Assembly (NCBI GenBank): GCA_051362555.1
Contig: CM120645.1
Coordinates: 6,696,001-6,760,000, forward strand
DNA from: Lingula anatina
Taxonomy: Eukaryota; Animalia; Brachiopoda
Reading direction: 5' to 3'
DNA length: 64,000 nucleotides
The translations under genes and the position numbers were made by a program. Positions within the stretch are counted from its first letter, which is position 1, and every line of letters begins with the position of its first letter. The notes under the pieces are model-generated. The model ran no database searches. It saw only the letters and a program-made list of their open reading frames with translations, and had not been told where the DNA came from. Positions 11,242-23,436 of this stretch are shown in pieces.

Positions 11242-12495
11242 ATGCCTACCACACCGTTGCCTTGGCTTTTGTCAATACTGGTTATTGTGGGGAGTGTATG
11301 GGGCCAAACAGCAAAAATCTCGGTGAATTTCAATTGCAGTACCACGGCAGCTTACATTTCCTACGACGATGCCTCCGGGACCTTTAATCCCACCGAGGGT
11401 CGAGTCTACGTCGACGGCTTTTATGACAACGTAAATTGCTTCACCGACGCCGCCCCTTGGACCTTAACGGTGACGTTAGGGACGTGTGGTGTGACCGTAG
11501 GCTCGAATTTCACGGTGATATTCCTCCACGATAAGGACTACTTTCTGGCAACCATCGACGAAGCGCAGATTTTCAGTTGCAAGACAAACAGCTTGAACAA
11601 CACCCTTCGTAATGTCACTGCATACGCACCTGCTGGAGAGATTATACCCATCATTGGTCAAGTGGCCACGGTCCCAGGGTTTGATGTCTCAGTGACCATG
11701 GTTCTAAAGAGAGAAAACGACAGTTCGGTTATTGGCATCAACAGCCAGCCAATCACACTGGGCCAGAACGTTACCATGGAGCTGAACGTGACTCAAAACG
11801 ACAAAGTCAAAATCAAAGCTTCGCACTGCTGGGCGGCGGGTATCATTAAAGACAATACATGGAAAACTCTGGATTTGGTCACAGGGGGTTGCCCCGCAGT
11901 TCGGTTCTTCAGCGGGTTCACCCAGGACCCCGTGGACAATCACCTGACTGCAACGTTCCCAATGTTTCTGATCACACCTCGCCACGACACCAACAGGTCC
12001 ACCGGGTTCTTCTGCACCGTCACCGCATGCAGCGTGGAAAACGAAGACCCAGAATGCTCGCAGTCTGCGTGCCCCGGAGACGACCCAGGGTGGGGAAGGA
12101 GGAAGAAAAGATGGGTAAGAGACGACGGCGAATATCTGTTTTGGGACCCTGGTGTGGAAGATAGAAGAGACAAATTCAATGAGACGGCGCCGGAAAACGT
12201 TGGTTTGGGGTATTTTGTCGACGTAGTTGAAGAGCCAGCTGTTTCGTTAACGCTGCCGGTGAATCACTCAATAAGGAAAAAGACTATGACAGCCAGGTAC
12301 AGCAATGATGGTTTCTGTCTAAATCACATTGTGTTTATTGCGGCTGCTGTCCTGGTAGGTATTGTGCTTGTCATATTTGCAGGTCTTTCTGTTTGTTTTC
12401 TAATTTCAATTCGATCAACTAGACGACACTTATTTAAAGACCGAGGAAAACCAGACGTGGCTAGACACTCTCAGAAATCAGCATGTTCAAGATGA
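11242..12495 (+). CDS. ZP module type I membrane protein, paralog 3
   Basis: 417-aa ORF with a clear signal peptide (..VWG/Q), ZP-N and ZP-C cysteines, RRKKR furin site, VGLGYFVDV patch, FCL plus TM helix. AATAAA at 12516. Confidence 0.85.
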   Translation: MPTTPLPWLLSILVIVGSVWGQTAKISVNFNCSTTAAYISYDDASGTFNPTEGRVYVDGFYDNVNCFTDAAPWTLTVTLGTCGVTVGSNFTVIFLHDKDYFLATIDEAQIFSCKTNSLNNTLRNVTAYAPAGEIIPIIGQVATVPGFDVSVTMVLKRENDSSVIGINSQPITLGQNVTMELNVTQNDKVKIKASHCWAAGIIKDNTWKTLDLVTGGCPAVRFFSGFTQDPVDNHLTATFPMFLITPRHDTNRSTGFFCTVTACSVENEDPECSQSACPGDDPGWGRRKKRWVRDDGEYLFWDPGVEDRRDKFNETAPENVGLGYFVDVVEEPAVSLTLPVNHSIRKKTMTARYSNDGFCLNHIVFIAAAVLVGIVLVIFAGLSVCFLISIRSTRRHLFKDRGKPDVARHSQKSACSR

Positions 12496-13288
12496 GAAGG
12501 AAAACAAAGGGTTAAAATAAAGTTTCAGTGGAAAGGACCACGGGTGGTCTGAACTAGTTCTTTATGTTGAACAAATCAAAACCAAGAATAAAATGGAGAC
12601 TAATGCATCACGAGTTGACATAACTTTTATAACGAGGTTTCCTCTTTGCATTTTAAACTGTTTCATGATAGTAACTTATCATCTGCGCTTGTTATATTAA
12701 TGGCATGGTGTACTTTATCCGGCATTTTGCTTTATTTCATTGTACCCGTTAATAAGTTGAAACAAAAATGAATAAGAAAAAATAAAATGATAATATATTT
12801 AGACGGCCAGGAGTCTTCATATAGGTACATAGCCGCCTCCTTTTATGCATGTATGTAATGTGTGTTGCTACTGCCAGAAAACATTTTTCCTTGACGAAAC
12901 TGAATTTGCTCGTCACCATATTGCCCGATAGAATTCTTTACCGCCATAGGGAGGGAACCATTTGGATGAGAGGAGTCTTCTTTATATCGATGTAAAACCA
13001 CTTACAAATTTTGGTTACTTTATGAGGCCTTAATTGACTTGACCACTTTCTTTCGAAAAAAGTATCAATCAATGTCTTTCTACCCTTTGAGTATATTTTA
13101 AAAGCCAAACGTGAAATCTGATCTAAACTGCTGACCTTCCGGATTGCGGCAGAGGTGATTGTCACATTATTTGGCCTCCAGTTGGCGTCTTAGCACGGTC
13201 CAGTATATTTATAACATGGGAAAAACTGTTTTGTTTAGACAGGGGTGTGCAGTGACCATATTAGGACAGTCTGGGGTCCAAACGAAGC

Positions 13289-13430
13289 CGGTGTAACGAA
13301 ACTAAGGGTCCGTGTAACGGAGAGTCCGCCTCCATGTAGTTATTATGGTTAGGGTTAGGGCGAGGCCTATTTGTACAAATGAATGGGAGGCGGACTCTGT
13401 CATGGGGGGACTCTCTGTCACGTTACATCA
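13289..13430. mobile_element. MITE-like element with internal GGTTAGGGTTAGGG; same family as 4357-4504
   Basis: Ends cggtgtaacg and cgttacatca, with an internal inverted repeat gagtccgcctcc/ggaggcggactc. Confidence 0.65.
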
Positions 13431-16259
13431 ACTATTTTGGGGTAGGGCGGGGTGTATGTTTACTTCGTTTTTGGCATATTTTGAAAAATATTAAGAATTT
13501 AAAAGCGCCTTATCAACGCCCATAACATTCTGAATATAATCCATTATAAAATGACGTTCTTCATAATCCGAGAAAATGAGTAACTACCAGTATTATTGAC
13601 AGTCTAACTGTCTGATACACATTTCTCTTGTTTATTTTTATCAAGTTTTAAAAATAAGAATCACCTCTTTCAAAATTTGAATTAAATGGAAATTCCAAAT
13701 CACTGTAAAACGGTCAATATTTTAGCACGATTGAAATATATTTACCACTAAAGTGATTCAAAATTCGATTTACACTTTTAAAAATGAAAATCTGAATGTG
13801 TACATAACAAGGGGTTAATTCCATTATGTTCTACGTCTAGAATTTGAAATACATTGAAATTTCACCAAAACAGAATAAGTCTTTGGTCGTTACTTTAAAA
13901 GTTATCCCCAAAAGTCTCACAGGACCAATATGCGAATCGAGTGTGAAAAAAAATCCAATGAACAGTTCTTTCCTGCGTCCTTAAAAAGAGTGCACTGTGA
14001 ACTATCGACTTGTCACATTACAAAACTCAAAAATACTCAACACGTTTATTCCTACACTTGACTTACATTACACCATGCGTAACAATGTATATGTATGTCT
14101 TGGGTAAGATTCCACACGTTCTGGGCGCAACAATATATTTTTGTGTAACTAAATAAAATTATTTTATTACGTAAAAAGAACGCATCTTGCCTCTGAATAG
14201 AGACACAAGCTATCCAAAAATTTAATTGGGATATCTATGACAAGACGATCCCGAATGCTGTCACTTAACAGTAAATTAATTTCTAAATTATTTATAATAG
14301 GACGAATTCGAAATATTTTCTAAATCAAGAGAAAGGACGTTTTCACTTATCTTTAAGCTTCGTTGTTTATGACCAAAAACAAGACAAATTAAATTACTGA
14401 CAACAACAAAATTGGAACAACCCTCAACCAAACAAGTGCCAAATAAGAACAATAAGAAAATTATGCTAAAAGTGCAGTTATTGCTTAATATTAAATGACG
14501 GTGAGATTGTGAATGTTGATTGATCAAAATAAATTACCTGAAAATAACTATCAGAATGAACAAGATGACAAAAATGCCACAAATATATGCACTTCCATTC
14601 TTACCTAATGGCACATTCACAAACAAAAAGAACTGTGTGCACCAACACTTATATCCATGGTCAAACATTGTGACATTAAGTGCTTTTTTATCTCAATAAA
14701 TATGTCTTGAAACTATGCGAATGTAAGCACTATATGGAAATGATGCAATTTTTATGGAAAAGTTACAGAATGTTATAAGAACTGTTTGTAGTTTTAAAGT
14801 TGAATAAATTAAATTACTGGGATAGAGGTAGAAAAGGGCACATACACTGCAGATTAACATTTTTTCTATACATTAAATATATACTCCTCTAATTTGAAAT
14901 TCAGTGGCTATAAACTTTAACGCTTTTATCAGGTTCTGTAAAGTAAAGCTCATGACATTAACTTTTCTCATATATGATTTAAAAACAGTCAAACCAATTA
15001 TATTCAGATCTAAGTGTAAAATTGATAGCTGAGAGCAATAAAAATCTGATACAAATCAGCTTACTTTAAATACATTGATTGTGGGCCACCACCGAAGTGA
15101 CAATTATAATCAAAAATCTTTGACTAAATGTAAGATATGTGCTGGTATTTGAATTGTACAATACTATAAATAACTTAATGACCCAGATACACAAATCTGA
15201 TCAATTTCTGTATCTGGGCTAAAAACTGGTCATAAAGATCAGAGTTTATCAGGGCATAAAAATCTTCTATAACAGCTTAGATACCTGGGGTGTAATGTAC
15301 TCCATTCAAACAGTGAAGGTTAAATTAAAAGCACAGGCATTTTAAGCCTGATAAACATAAACTTACAAGATATGACAACTAAAATTAATCACAATATTTG
15401 GCCCCATAACTTGCAGCCATAGAAATTAACTTGATAAAAATTACCAATCAATAATTTCTCAGATAAAATCCCTTAAGAAATCATGTGAAATAAAAAATAA
15501 TAATAAAATTAGAGTGATAATTTAAATCTTGGTGGTGATTCTGCCAGACTAAAAATCAAATTTCTTCAAAATATGTTTGTGCAATAATTATCTTTTAGAC
15601 TACTATCATTTACAATAATTATTGTACAATGTTTTACCAAACCAAAAGTTATTACCTTTTAGACTACTACCATTCACTACCTGAAAGAACAAAACAGCAA
15701 AATGAAGAAATAAATAAAATTGCAAACCATGGTTTCACCATAGGTGCTCTCACTGATTGGCTCTAATAAAGTAATAACCTATATTTCTTACTAAACCGTC
15801 CACTTACTCATGGACACTTGCTTAGCTTGTTCCCTGTATCATAAATAAAACTATTAAAATATAACAGTTCAGGGGTATGAAGAAATAAAATTAATCTAAA
15901 AAATAAATTTGGTATAACAGATTTGATAGGCAAGAGGGTGGAGAAGTGGGTACAACACATACACAGTTTCTCTTTCAAATAATAATGTGTGAAGTCTCAT
16001 GCCCTATAAGGCATACACCGGGTGTTATCTTTACACAATGAAAAGGTATCTAGTTTTTGAGTCACTCTTGCCATCGAAATAGAGACTGGTGAATTCCACT
16101 CATAAAGGTAAGATTTACAAGTTTTAAACTCAAAAAAGGGCAATGGTTTTGAATAGTGTATGCTTTGATGATAAAAGGAAATGTGTTAAAATTTCCAGGG
16201 AAATTACAATGTCACAATAGAAGGGCCTGATGCTCAGTGTGTGTGTCCTTAACTGCAAA

Positions 16260-17059
16260 TTAATCGTACTCATTGTAACTATGAAACAAAGAGGGCAGCA
16301 CTGCAGCATAAAAAATAACCAGAAACAAGATGATCAGCACAATAAATCCAATGCCCACGCCCAAAGCCCAGTGAGACATGCGACGAGCTTCGGCAGACTT
16401 TGCCTGGGCCTCGGTGATGTCTCCGCGATTAATGGCATCTCTGCAGGCGAGAGCTTTCATAATGGCGAAAATACCAATGGGCCAGCAGCAGAAAATGGTT
16501 ACCACGATGGCGTAAATCATGTGATCTGGAGGGGGGTTGATCATAGGAGTGTGGACCACCATGACAGTCTGAGGCTGGCCTGTGATTGGTTGACCTGAAT
16601 GATTAATAATATCCATTTATACTGACAATGTAAATGTAAAAAAAAGAAAAAAAAATGAATAAAATGATAATAATAATACTGACAACAAATAAATAGATAA
16701 AATGCATGATAATAATCATAATAATTATTATTATTTTTATAAGATAGTTCATAAGTGTATACTTATATAAATCTATCTCTACAGTAAGTATGATATGGTA
16801 ATGCACTAGATACTGTAACAGTTATACAACCAATCATATGCAGTATAACAGAAGTCTGTTAGGCCACACAGGACAAAAAGCAAGAAGAATAAATAATATC
16901 ATTACCATATGGTTGACCCTGCGGGTAGTACTGGGCTTGTGGGGGGTATGCCCCCTCCTGTCCATAGGCAGGAGGCCCACCCTGGGGATAGCCCTGCCCC
17001 TGGGGTACTTCCTTGGCCTTGTCATACTGACTAGCAGTGGTGTCAGGATTATTGCTCAT
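16260..17059 (-). CDS. CD225/dispanin family protein (PRRT1/IFITM-like proline-rich transmembrane protein), 162 aa
   Basis: Coding exons 17059-16906 (G|gtaat) and 16594-16260 (attcag|GT) join in phase 1. P/Q/G/Y-rich N-terminus, then PPPDHMIYAIVVTIFCCWPIGIFAIMKA..RDAINRGD..EA...S.EARR and a TM helix, the CD225 signature. The 5'UTR intron runs 18851-17093 (aag|gtaagg; tttcag|). Confidence 0.9.
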
Positions 17060-17610
17060 GTTGGAGAGTGTGGTCGTCTGAGAGGATAGATTCTGAAATA
17101 AAAAAAAAAGATTTTATATACACCTTGCCACCTTGTGCCAAAATACCAGTAGGTATCAAACATCTGGTGAGTAACAAGAATGAAGGCAGCAAATTTTGGG
17201 TTTCTTCAGCACAATTTTATTTCAATACATATTTAAATAATATTTAAATAAACCTAGAAATAACCATAAAGTTGCATTAAAAATGAGGGGGTGACATGAG
17301 AATATTTTTTCTTTTAAGTCTTAGGTGAACATGTACTCCCAAAATATACAGCCATGCCAACAGCCAGCTCCACACTGAATATGTACCCTTTAAATGAAGT
17401 GAAGTGAAGTGTACTAGTATCAAAAAGTACCAGTAAAATGCTTTTCTAACACAAGAATGTCAGTGCTAATAATTACTTTGGTGTCCCTTTAAAAGTTTTG
17501 GACGAAATCTAATTTAATTTGGCAGTTATAAATATAAAATATATATCTAAGACGTAATTATCTTCGCAACTTTTATATTTGGGCAGGAAAAATAGAAACT
17601 GGGCTAAACC

Positions 17611-18545
17611 CACGCTCGGCTGTCACCTTGATTGGATAGTAAACGATTGTCGTAAAATCGCTAAATGATATTAAAACCGGGTGCATAAACTTGAAAACCA
17701 CCTACAACAACCTTGGACTACCACATTAATCCAATACAATGCAAAAATAAACTATAACAAGTGGTTAAAGCCTTCAAACCGAATGTCGTAAAGACCCCAT
17801 ATGCCTCCATAGAGACAATAAAATAGAATGAGCTTCTGAAACAAACCTGATCCAGTTCCAACAGAATAATCGAAATAAAATACTGCCGGGCATCGGAGCG
17901 GCCTAAAACTTGGCACGCTTACCGCTAATACTGCAGGCTACATCATCCCGTCGCTCGTTTGTAAATTCCGTGCATGGCATACGCACAATCAAACCGTAAA
18001 AAACAAATTCTCGGGGTGTCGTTGGCTAGGTCCACTCAACAATCCAATTCAGGAAATGACGTAACCGCAGAGGTCGCATTGTCCAATGGCATGGCTTCTT
18101 TTTCGTAATGGTAGGTTAGAGTGGACCTGGCCAACGACACCCCGAGAATTTGTTTTTTACGGTTTGATTGTGCGTATGCCATGCACGGAATTTACAAACG
18201 AGCGACGGGATGATGTAGCCTGCAGTATTAGCGGTAAGCGTGCCAAGTTTTAGGCCGCTCCGATGCCCGGCAGTATTTTATTTCGATTATTCTGTTGGAA
18301 CTGGATCAGGTTTGTTTCAGAAGCTCATTCTATTTTATTGTCTCTATGGAGGCATATGGGGACTTTACGACATTCGGTTTGAAGGCTTTAACCACTTGTT
18401 ATAGTTTATTTTTGCATTGTATTGGATTAATGTGGTAGTCCAAGGTTGTTGTAGGTGGTTTTCAAGTTTATGCACCGGGTTTTAATATCATTTAGCGATT
18501 TTACGACAATCGTTTACTATCCAATCAAGGTGACAGCCGAGCGTG
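17611..18545. mobile_element. Non-autonomous fold-back DNA transposon: 427-bp TIRs, 81-bp spacer, 8-bp TSD GCTAAACC
   Basis: 17611-18037 is the reverse complement of 18119-18545 with about 3 mismatches. GCTAAACC lies at 17603-17610 and 18546-18553. Termini are CACGCTCGGC...GCCGAGCGTG. Confidence 0.93.
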
Positions 18546-18851
18546 GCTAAACCAATAAGCCGGTAAGTCGTCGGGACTGAACGCACTTTCAGCTCAATTT
18601 TTCCTATCAGACGTTATATTAACTTGCAGCAGTTGAACTTATTATCTGTTTTAGTGAGTGAAATTTAAATTCCTATATCTACCGGCATTTTGATACAGAC
18701 AAAAAATGGGCAAAATTAGACTTGCAGTCGGTACATGACAAAAAGAGTTGTAACTTGAGGCAGAAAACTAAGACAACGGTCCTGATAACGTACGTGACAT
18801 GGCATGCCCCATAACTAAGAAAAGTAATAGAAAATGCATTATGTGCCTTAC

Positions 18852-18950
18852 CTTTCAAATTTGATTGAATTCACTAAATGTCTCACTCGTTAAATCGTTA
18901 CAAGAGAATTACGCAGCAGCAGATTTTGTTTTATGTTGTTTATTTCCGGG
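18852..18950 (-). promoter_or_regulatory. Putative non-coding first exon/core promoter of the CD225 gene
   Basis: Minus-strand donor aag|gtaagg at 18852/18851 and an ETS-type CCGGAAAT motif near 18942-18949. Confidence 0.5.
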
Positions 18951-19201
18951 TGTTGCAATGCAGTCTGGGTAATTGATTGAGTGCAACACAATGGTTGCGA
19001 CAGCAATTTTCACACCTAACACATTTCTGGTGAATGCTATATATCTCTTTTCTTATCACTGTCATGTATGATTTGATAATATAATCTGAATATCCTAAAG
19101 AAAAGACAGAGGTTATCTGACAACAAAGTTAATAAACTGAAGCCATCTCCTGGCAGATTCTGATATGTGAAATTGTACCGTATATGTATGGGTCCCCCTT
19201 A

Positions 19202-19350
19202 CAGGGCCGTAGCCTGAGCAAAATGCCAGGGGGGGCAGTAAGCGGACACGAGAGGGCGAAGCTACCGAGGGGGGTGGGTGTGGTGTGTAAAATTCCAAAT
19301 TCCAGGGGGGGGCAGCTGCCCCCCCTGCCCCCCCGGAGGCTACGGCCCTG
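19202..19350. mobile_element. 149-bp GC-rich MITE with 14-bp TIR CAGGGCCGTAGCCT (hAT-like termini)
   Basis: cagggccgtagcct...aggctacggccctg, flanked by CCTTA on both sides (19197-19201 and 19351-19355). Confidence 0.85.
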
Positions 19351-22300
19351 CCTTATTTGGTGATGTAATTTGAGAAAATATTAATGACAACCTTGAATGT
19401 TTTCACTGGTTTGAAAAATGATTTTGAACCATTTAATACTAAACCAGGCATACAAAAGGCTAAAACTTAGTATAAGGGCCTATCCCAGATGGTTGATAAT
19501 TTGTCTTTGCTAATAGATAAATAAATAAATAAATAAATAAATAAAAACATATTTTATTTAAATTGTATAACTTTTTTTTTAATGCATGATTGGGAATTTG
19601 TAGATTTCTGAATGTCGCGTTAGTACTTTTTTATTTTTTGGGAACAGATTCTCATCCCTGTACAAAAACCTTCCATGGAGTCCTTTATATTCTGTAGCTG
19701 ACGTGTCTTCTGCGTTACGGAAGACAACTTTATAATGTTGACGGGAGTGTGGACGGGGGATCGAGTAGGCCGCAGTTCTACTTTAAAACTTCATAAACAT
19801 GTCAAATTCCAAGGTGCAATTGGCGAGTCTAATCTGAATTATTAATTCCAAAAGACAACCAAATACAAGATCTTCAAGGACTACTGTTATACAGATGAAG
19901 AAATGATAAACGAAATCCATGGACCAATTTTTCTTTAAGATATGTTGCAAACAATAGACAATTATTCCCTCTTTGGTAATGCATAGCTCTGCTTCATTGT
20001 GGGGTGGTTAGGAACGATTATAATTTTTCGGTTAAAATATATTTATCATATTAATTTCAGCATAAATTCACAATGTTTGTTTATTAATTCGTTTATTTAT
20101 TTAATAGTACATGCATGTATAATTAAGCTTATCCATCTATATTGTACCTGTTAATTTATGATTTTGTTTATTTACATATATTACTACTCATCACTACTCA
20201 TCTATTGTGCATTTATAATTATTTTTGGGAAACATTAACTAGAAAATTGAAAAGCTTTGATTTAGTATCACAATGTATTTCACGAATGAAACCTTTTTTT
20301 TTTTTGCTTTTTCACTGAATTATATTAAATGCAACTTGTGCAGTGATTGATATTTTCTTTTTCTGTCTACGTGTATAAGTTAACACCGAACGCTTCTTAC
20401 ACTAACAATAAACGATGGCCTTAACATCCAATTGACCTTTGGCTTTTCTATCTAATTTCTTGGTCAAAGGAAAAGCCATAAAGTGGGCCATAAAACATGG
20501 AAATAATCCAATCGATTTATCTGTCCACTTATATCTATTTTACGGTTGCTAAACTCTATATGCATTTCATAGTTTCACTAACAATAGAGTATTAAAGAGC
20601 AAGAGTTGAGCGTGTCGCATCTGCGCTTCTGTGTGCCGAGATCTGACCTTGGGTGCAACATGAAAGAACTGATCAAATTTTTGTTCAATTTTTCATCGGT
20701 GTTCGTCTGACGGCAGTGACGGCTCCTGTGGCGTTTTAATACGACGAGGATGGCGCACAGTACGGGGCCGTGTTTACGCCCTAATTAGCCATATGCTTCC
20801 GCTGGCTTTCGCCTTTGTCATGTTGATTGAACGACCATCAAAATGTGGTTTTTCGCCGCTAAAATTGACACAAAATTAGCAATCATCTGGCTGCGCCCTG
20901 TGAATATTTAATGTGCCGTGGACGCTTCACCTTAATGCTATAATAACTGACTTGCATTTCGACAATTTTCAGATTGATAAATTAAGAAGTACTTATTATT
21001 AGCGAGATGGTCGAAAGAAAGAAAAAAGAAAAAAATCGTTGGGAAATATACAGCATTGTTTGAGATTAAGACCATGCAATCTGTTTCGTGATAATGCTTA
21101 GTCAAATCGGCAGAGTCAAAGAGTGCATATGCATCTTTTTAAAAGTAATGGTTGCTAGAAATACCTTTATGACAATAGAAAGCGACGGAGCGTGAGAGAT
21201 ATTAGAGTAATAAAGAAATGGACAAAACGTAGAACAAAACAAAAGAAACGTAAAGGTGATGATATATGATAGTAATACTAATGGACATTGAGTATGGGGG
21301 TCAGGAGGATATTAACTACGAAAAACATTAACTACAACGTAAGATAGCAAAATGCACTAAAAGAAAAAATAGGAACAAAAAGGGGTTAATTATATATTTT
21401 TAGAAAATTAAACACGAAGCAAAAGATGTATGAGCGAGAGAGGAAAAATAAGGTGAAATTACGAGTCTCAAGCATGATTTGAAACAGGGACTACACATAC
21501 CAAAGTTGCAAAGACAAAAAAAGAAAAAAGTGGAGGAATTAAGAATATGCACTTGCAGTCTTTGTTCCACTGTTTTTGAGGTGTGAGAAATGACACAACA
21601 GGCTTGGAATGAGAAACAGACAATAAAAATAATGAATAAGAATGGATGCATAAATATACAAATGAGAATAGAAAATAAAGATAAACAAAAACAAAATAAT
21701 AAAGGACAACAACAAAGGGAAATGTAATTATACAGTAAAAATTAAGTTTATGTTTGGACCATACATCAGTTCAGATATAAAAAAAGTGGCAATTCCACTT
21801 TGTTTTGCTAATTTGATTGTATATTCAATGCACTGTCAATTGTAATATATTATTACTCTCTGCTCATGTACTGGTACGTTGAAATGCATTATCTATGTAT
21901 AATCTATGTAAATACCCACTGTGACTTCTACTATACGTTGTCATCGTTCCCATTCTTTCAAATTAAATAACTTAATTCTTCAACTTTGCAATGCGTTAAA
22001 TTAAAGCCTGTATCGCCTTTTCATAACCTGTTTGCTAAAAAGAGCTTGGCTAAGTCTGTCGAGTCACTTTCTTCAACGAGGGTCCTATTACTCAGATTAC
22101 TGCTTGCACGCATTCACGTAACACTACTCGTGTTTGGAGGCGCCTCGGCGTAAACAATTTCTATAGTAAACACGCTTTTTTACTCACAATGATTGATCCA
22201 CCAGTAACGCCCAAGACAACCGTCTGTGTGCACATGAATAAGTAAAGTTACTATGACTATGAACAAAGGGAGTTTATTCCGGGATTAATTGCATCGATTT

Positions 22301-22948
22301 AGAGTGAATGGACTGGGGTTGGACAATGATGAAATCACGCGATAGGAGTGTAGTCACATTGAGAAAAGATGGTTTGAATCTTCTACGGCGCTGCTGCCGT
22401 AGGTTTCGACTCTGTAATTTTAAAACAACTAAGAATTAAATCCCATTTTCTTATACACGCCGAATCAAATTTCATTAAAATAAAAGTTTGGCTTTTTTCA
22501 CCCGAAAAACATGCGTCGTACGAAGCGACTTTATCACAGTGATTATACATACGTCACTCAGGCTGAGACAGATCCAGATTTGGCGCAGCTTAACTAAATG
22601 TGAACTCGGTCTAAGTTTGCGCGCCAATTCTTCCTTGAACCAGTAGCCATGTAAAACGAGGACAAAAACAGCACGAGACAAGGGAGAACATCTAATCATA
22701 TAAACACCAGAATCTGAAAAAGAAGTAGAATTTTTTTGCCACTCAGTAGAGTTGCCCTTGTTTCAGAGTTGAATATTTTGAAATATATTCATAAAAACGA
22801 ATGAAAGTAATGGTAAGTGTGTAGAGCAAGTGAAAGAAATAATCGAATAATTAAACGAACAAATTAATTAACACACGCGAGCAAAAGAACGAATAAACTT
22901 ACGAACGGAAGAATAATTGGGTAGAAAGTTAGCCAGTCATTCTTTCAG

Positions 22949-22979
<31 letters not shown>

Positions 22980-23297
22980 AGGAATCTGTCAGATAGAAAA
23001 ACAGACTGACGGATAAATAGATAAAGAAAATCGAACCATCAGGAAAACTGGGAATTATTGTTGACTTCTGTAGCTTTTTTTTGGTACTAACATACTTAGA
23101 AAAATCGAAATCATATCCGTTTGACATTTCATAAAGATTCACCATGAATATAAATTGAGAAGCGATCTGCTTTAAGATATTTCCGTTCAAATAAACAACC
23201 TCCTGCCTCGAATGTCTATGTATCTTATTTTGATCCGCTAGCTTGTAACAGGTTCTTCCCTGAGAGACATAACACCGGCGGTGACTAATTACATCTA

Positions 23298-23376
23298 TAC
23301 TCACACACACACAATCACACGCACACACAAACTCTCTCTCTCTCTCTATCTCACACACACACAATCACACGCACAC

Positions 23377-23429
<53 letters not shown>

Positions 23430-23436
23430 TACACAC
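23298..23436. repeat. Compound (CA)n/(CT)n microsatellite with a duplicated ~50-bp unit
   Basis: ctcacacacacacaatcacacgcacacacaaactctctctctc occurs twice in tandem. Confidence 0.9.

Noticed and set aside
4992-12179. Overlapping and antisense ORFs recurring across the three ZP genes
   Set aside because: They recur only because the underlying DNA is nearly identical; their lengths and stops are inconsistent.
13348-13362. TTAGGG repeats as an interstitial telomere
   Set aside because: Only two units, and they are internal to a MITE-like element.
19650-19940. Coding-looking fragment (..KYKIFKDYCYTDEEMINEIHGPIFL)
   Set aside because: Stops in all frames nearby, no recognisable family, and no coherent splice path.
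22370-22412. Hairpin with T-loop-like GGTTTGAATC / GTTTCGACT suggesting a tRNA or SINE
   Set aside because: No cloverleaf, acceptor stem or A box.
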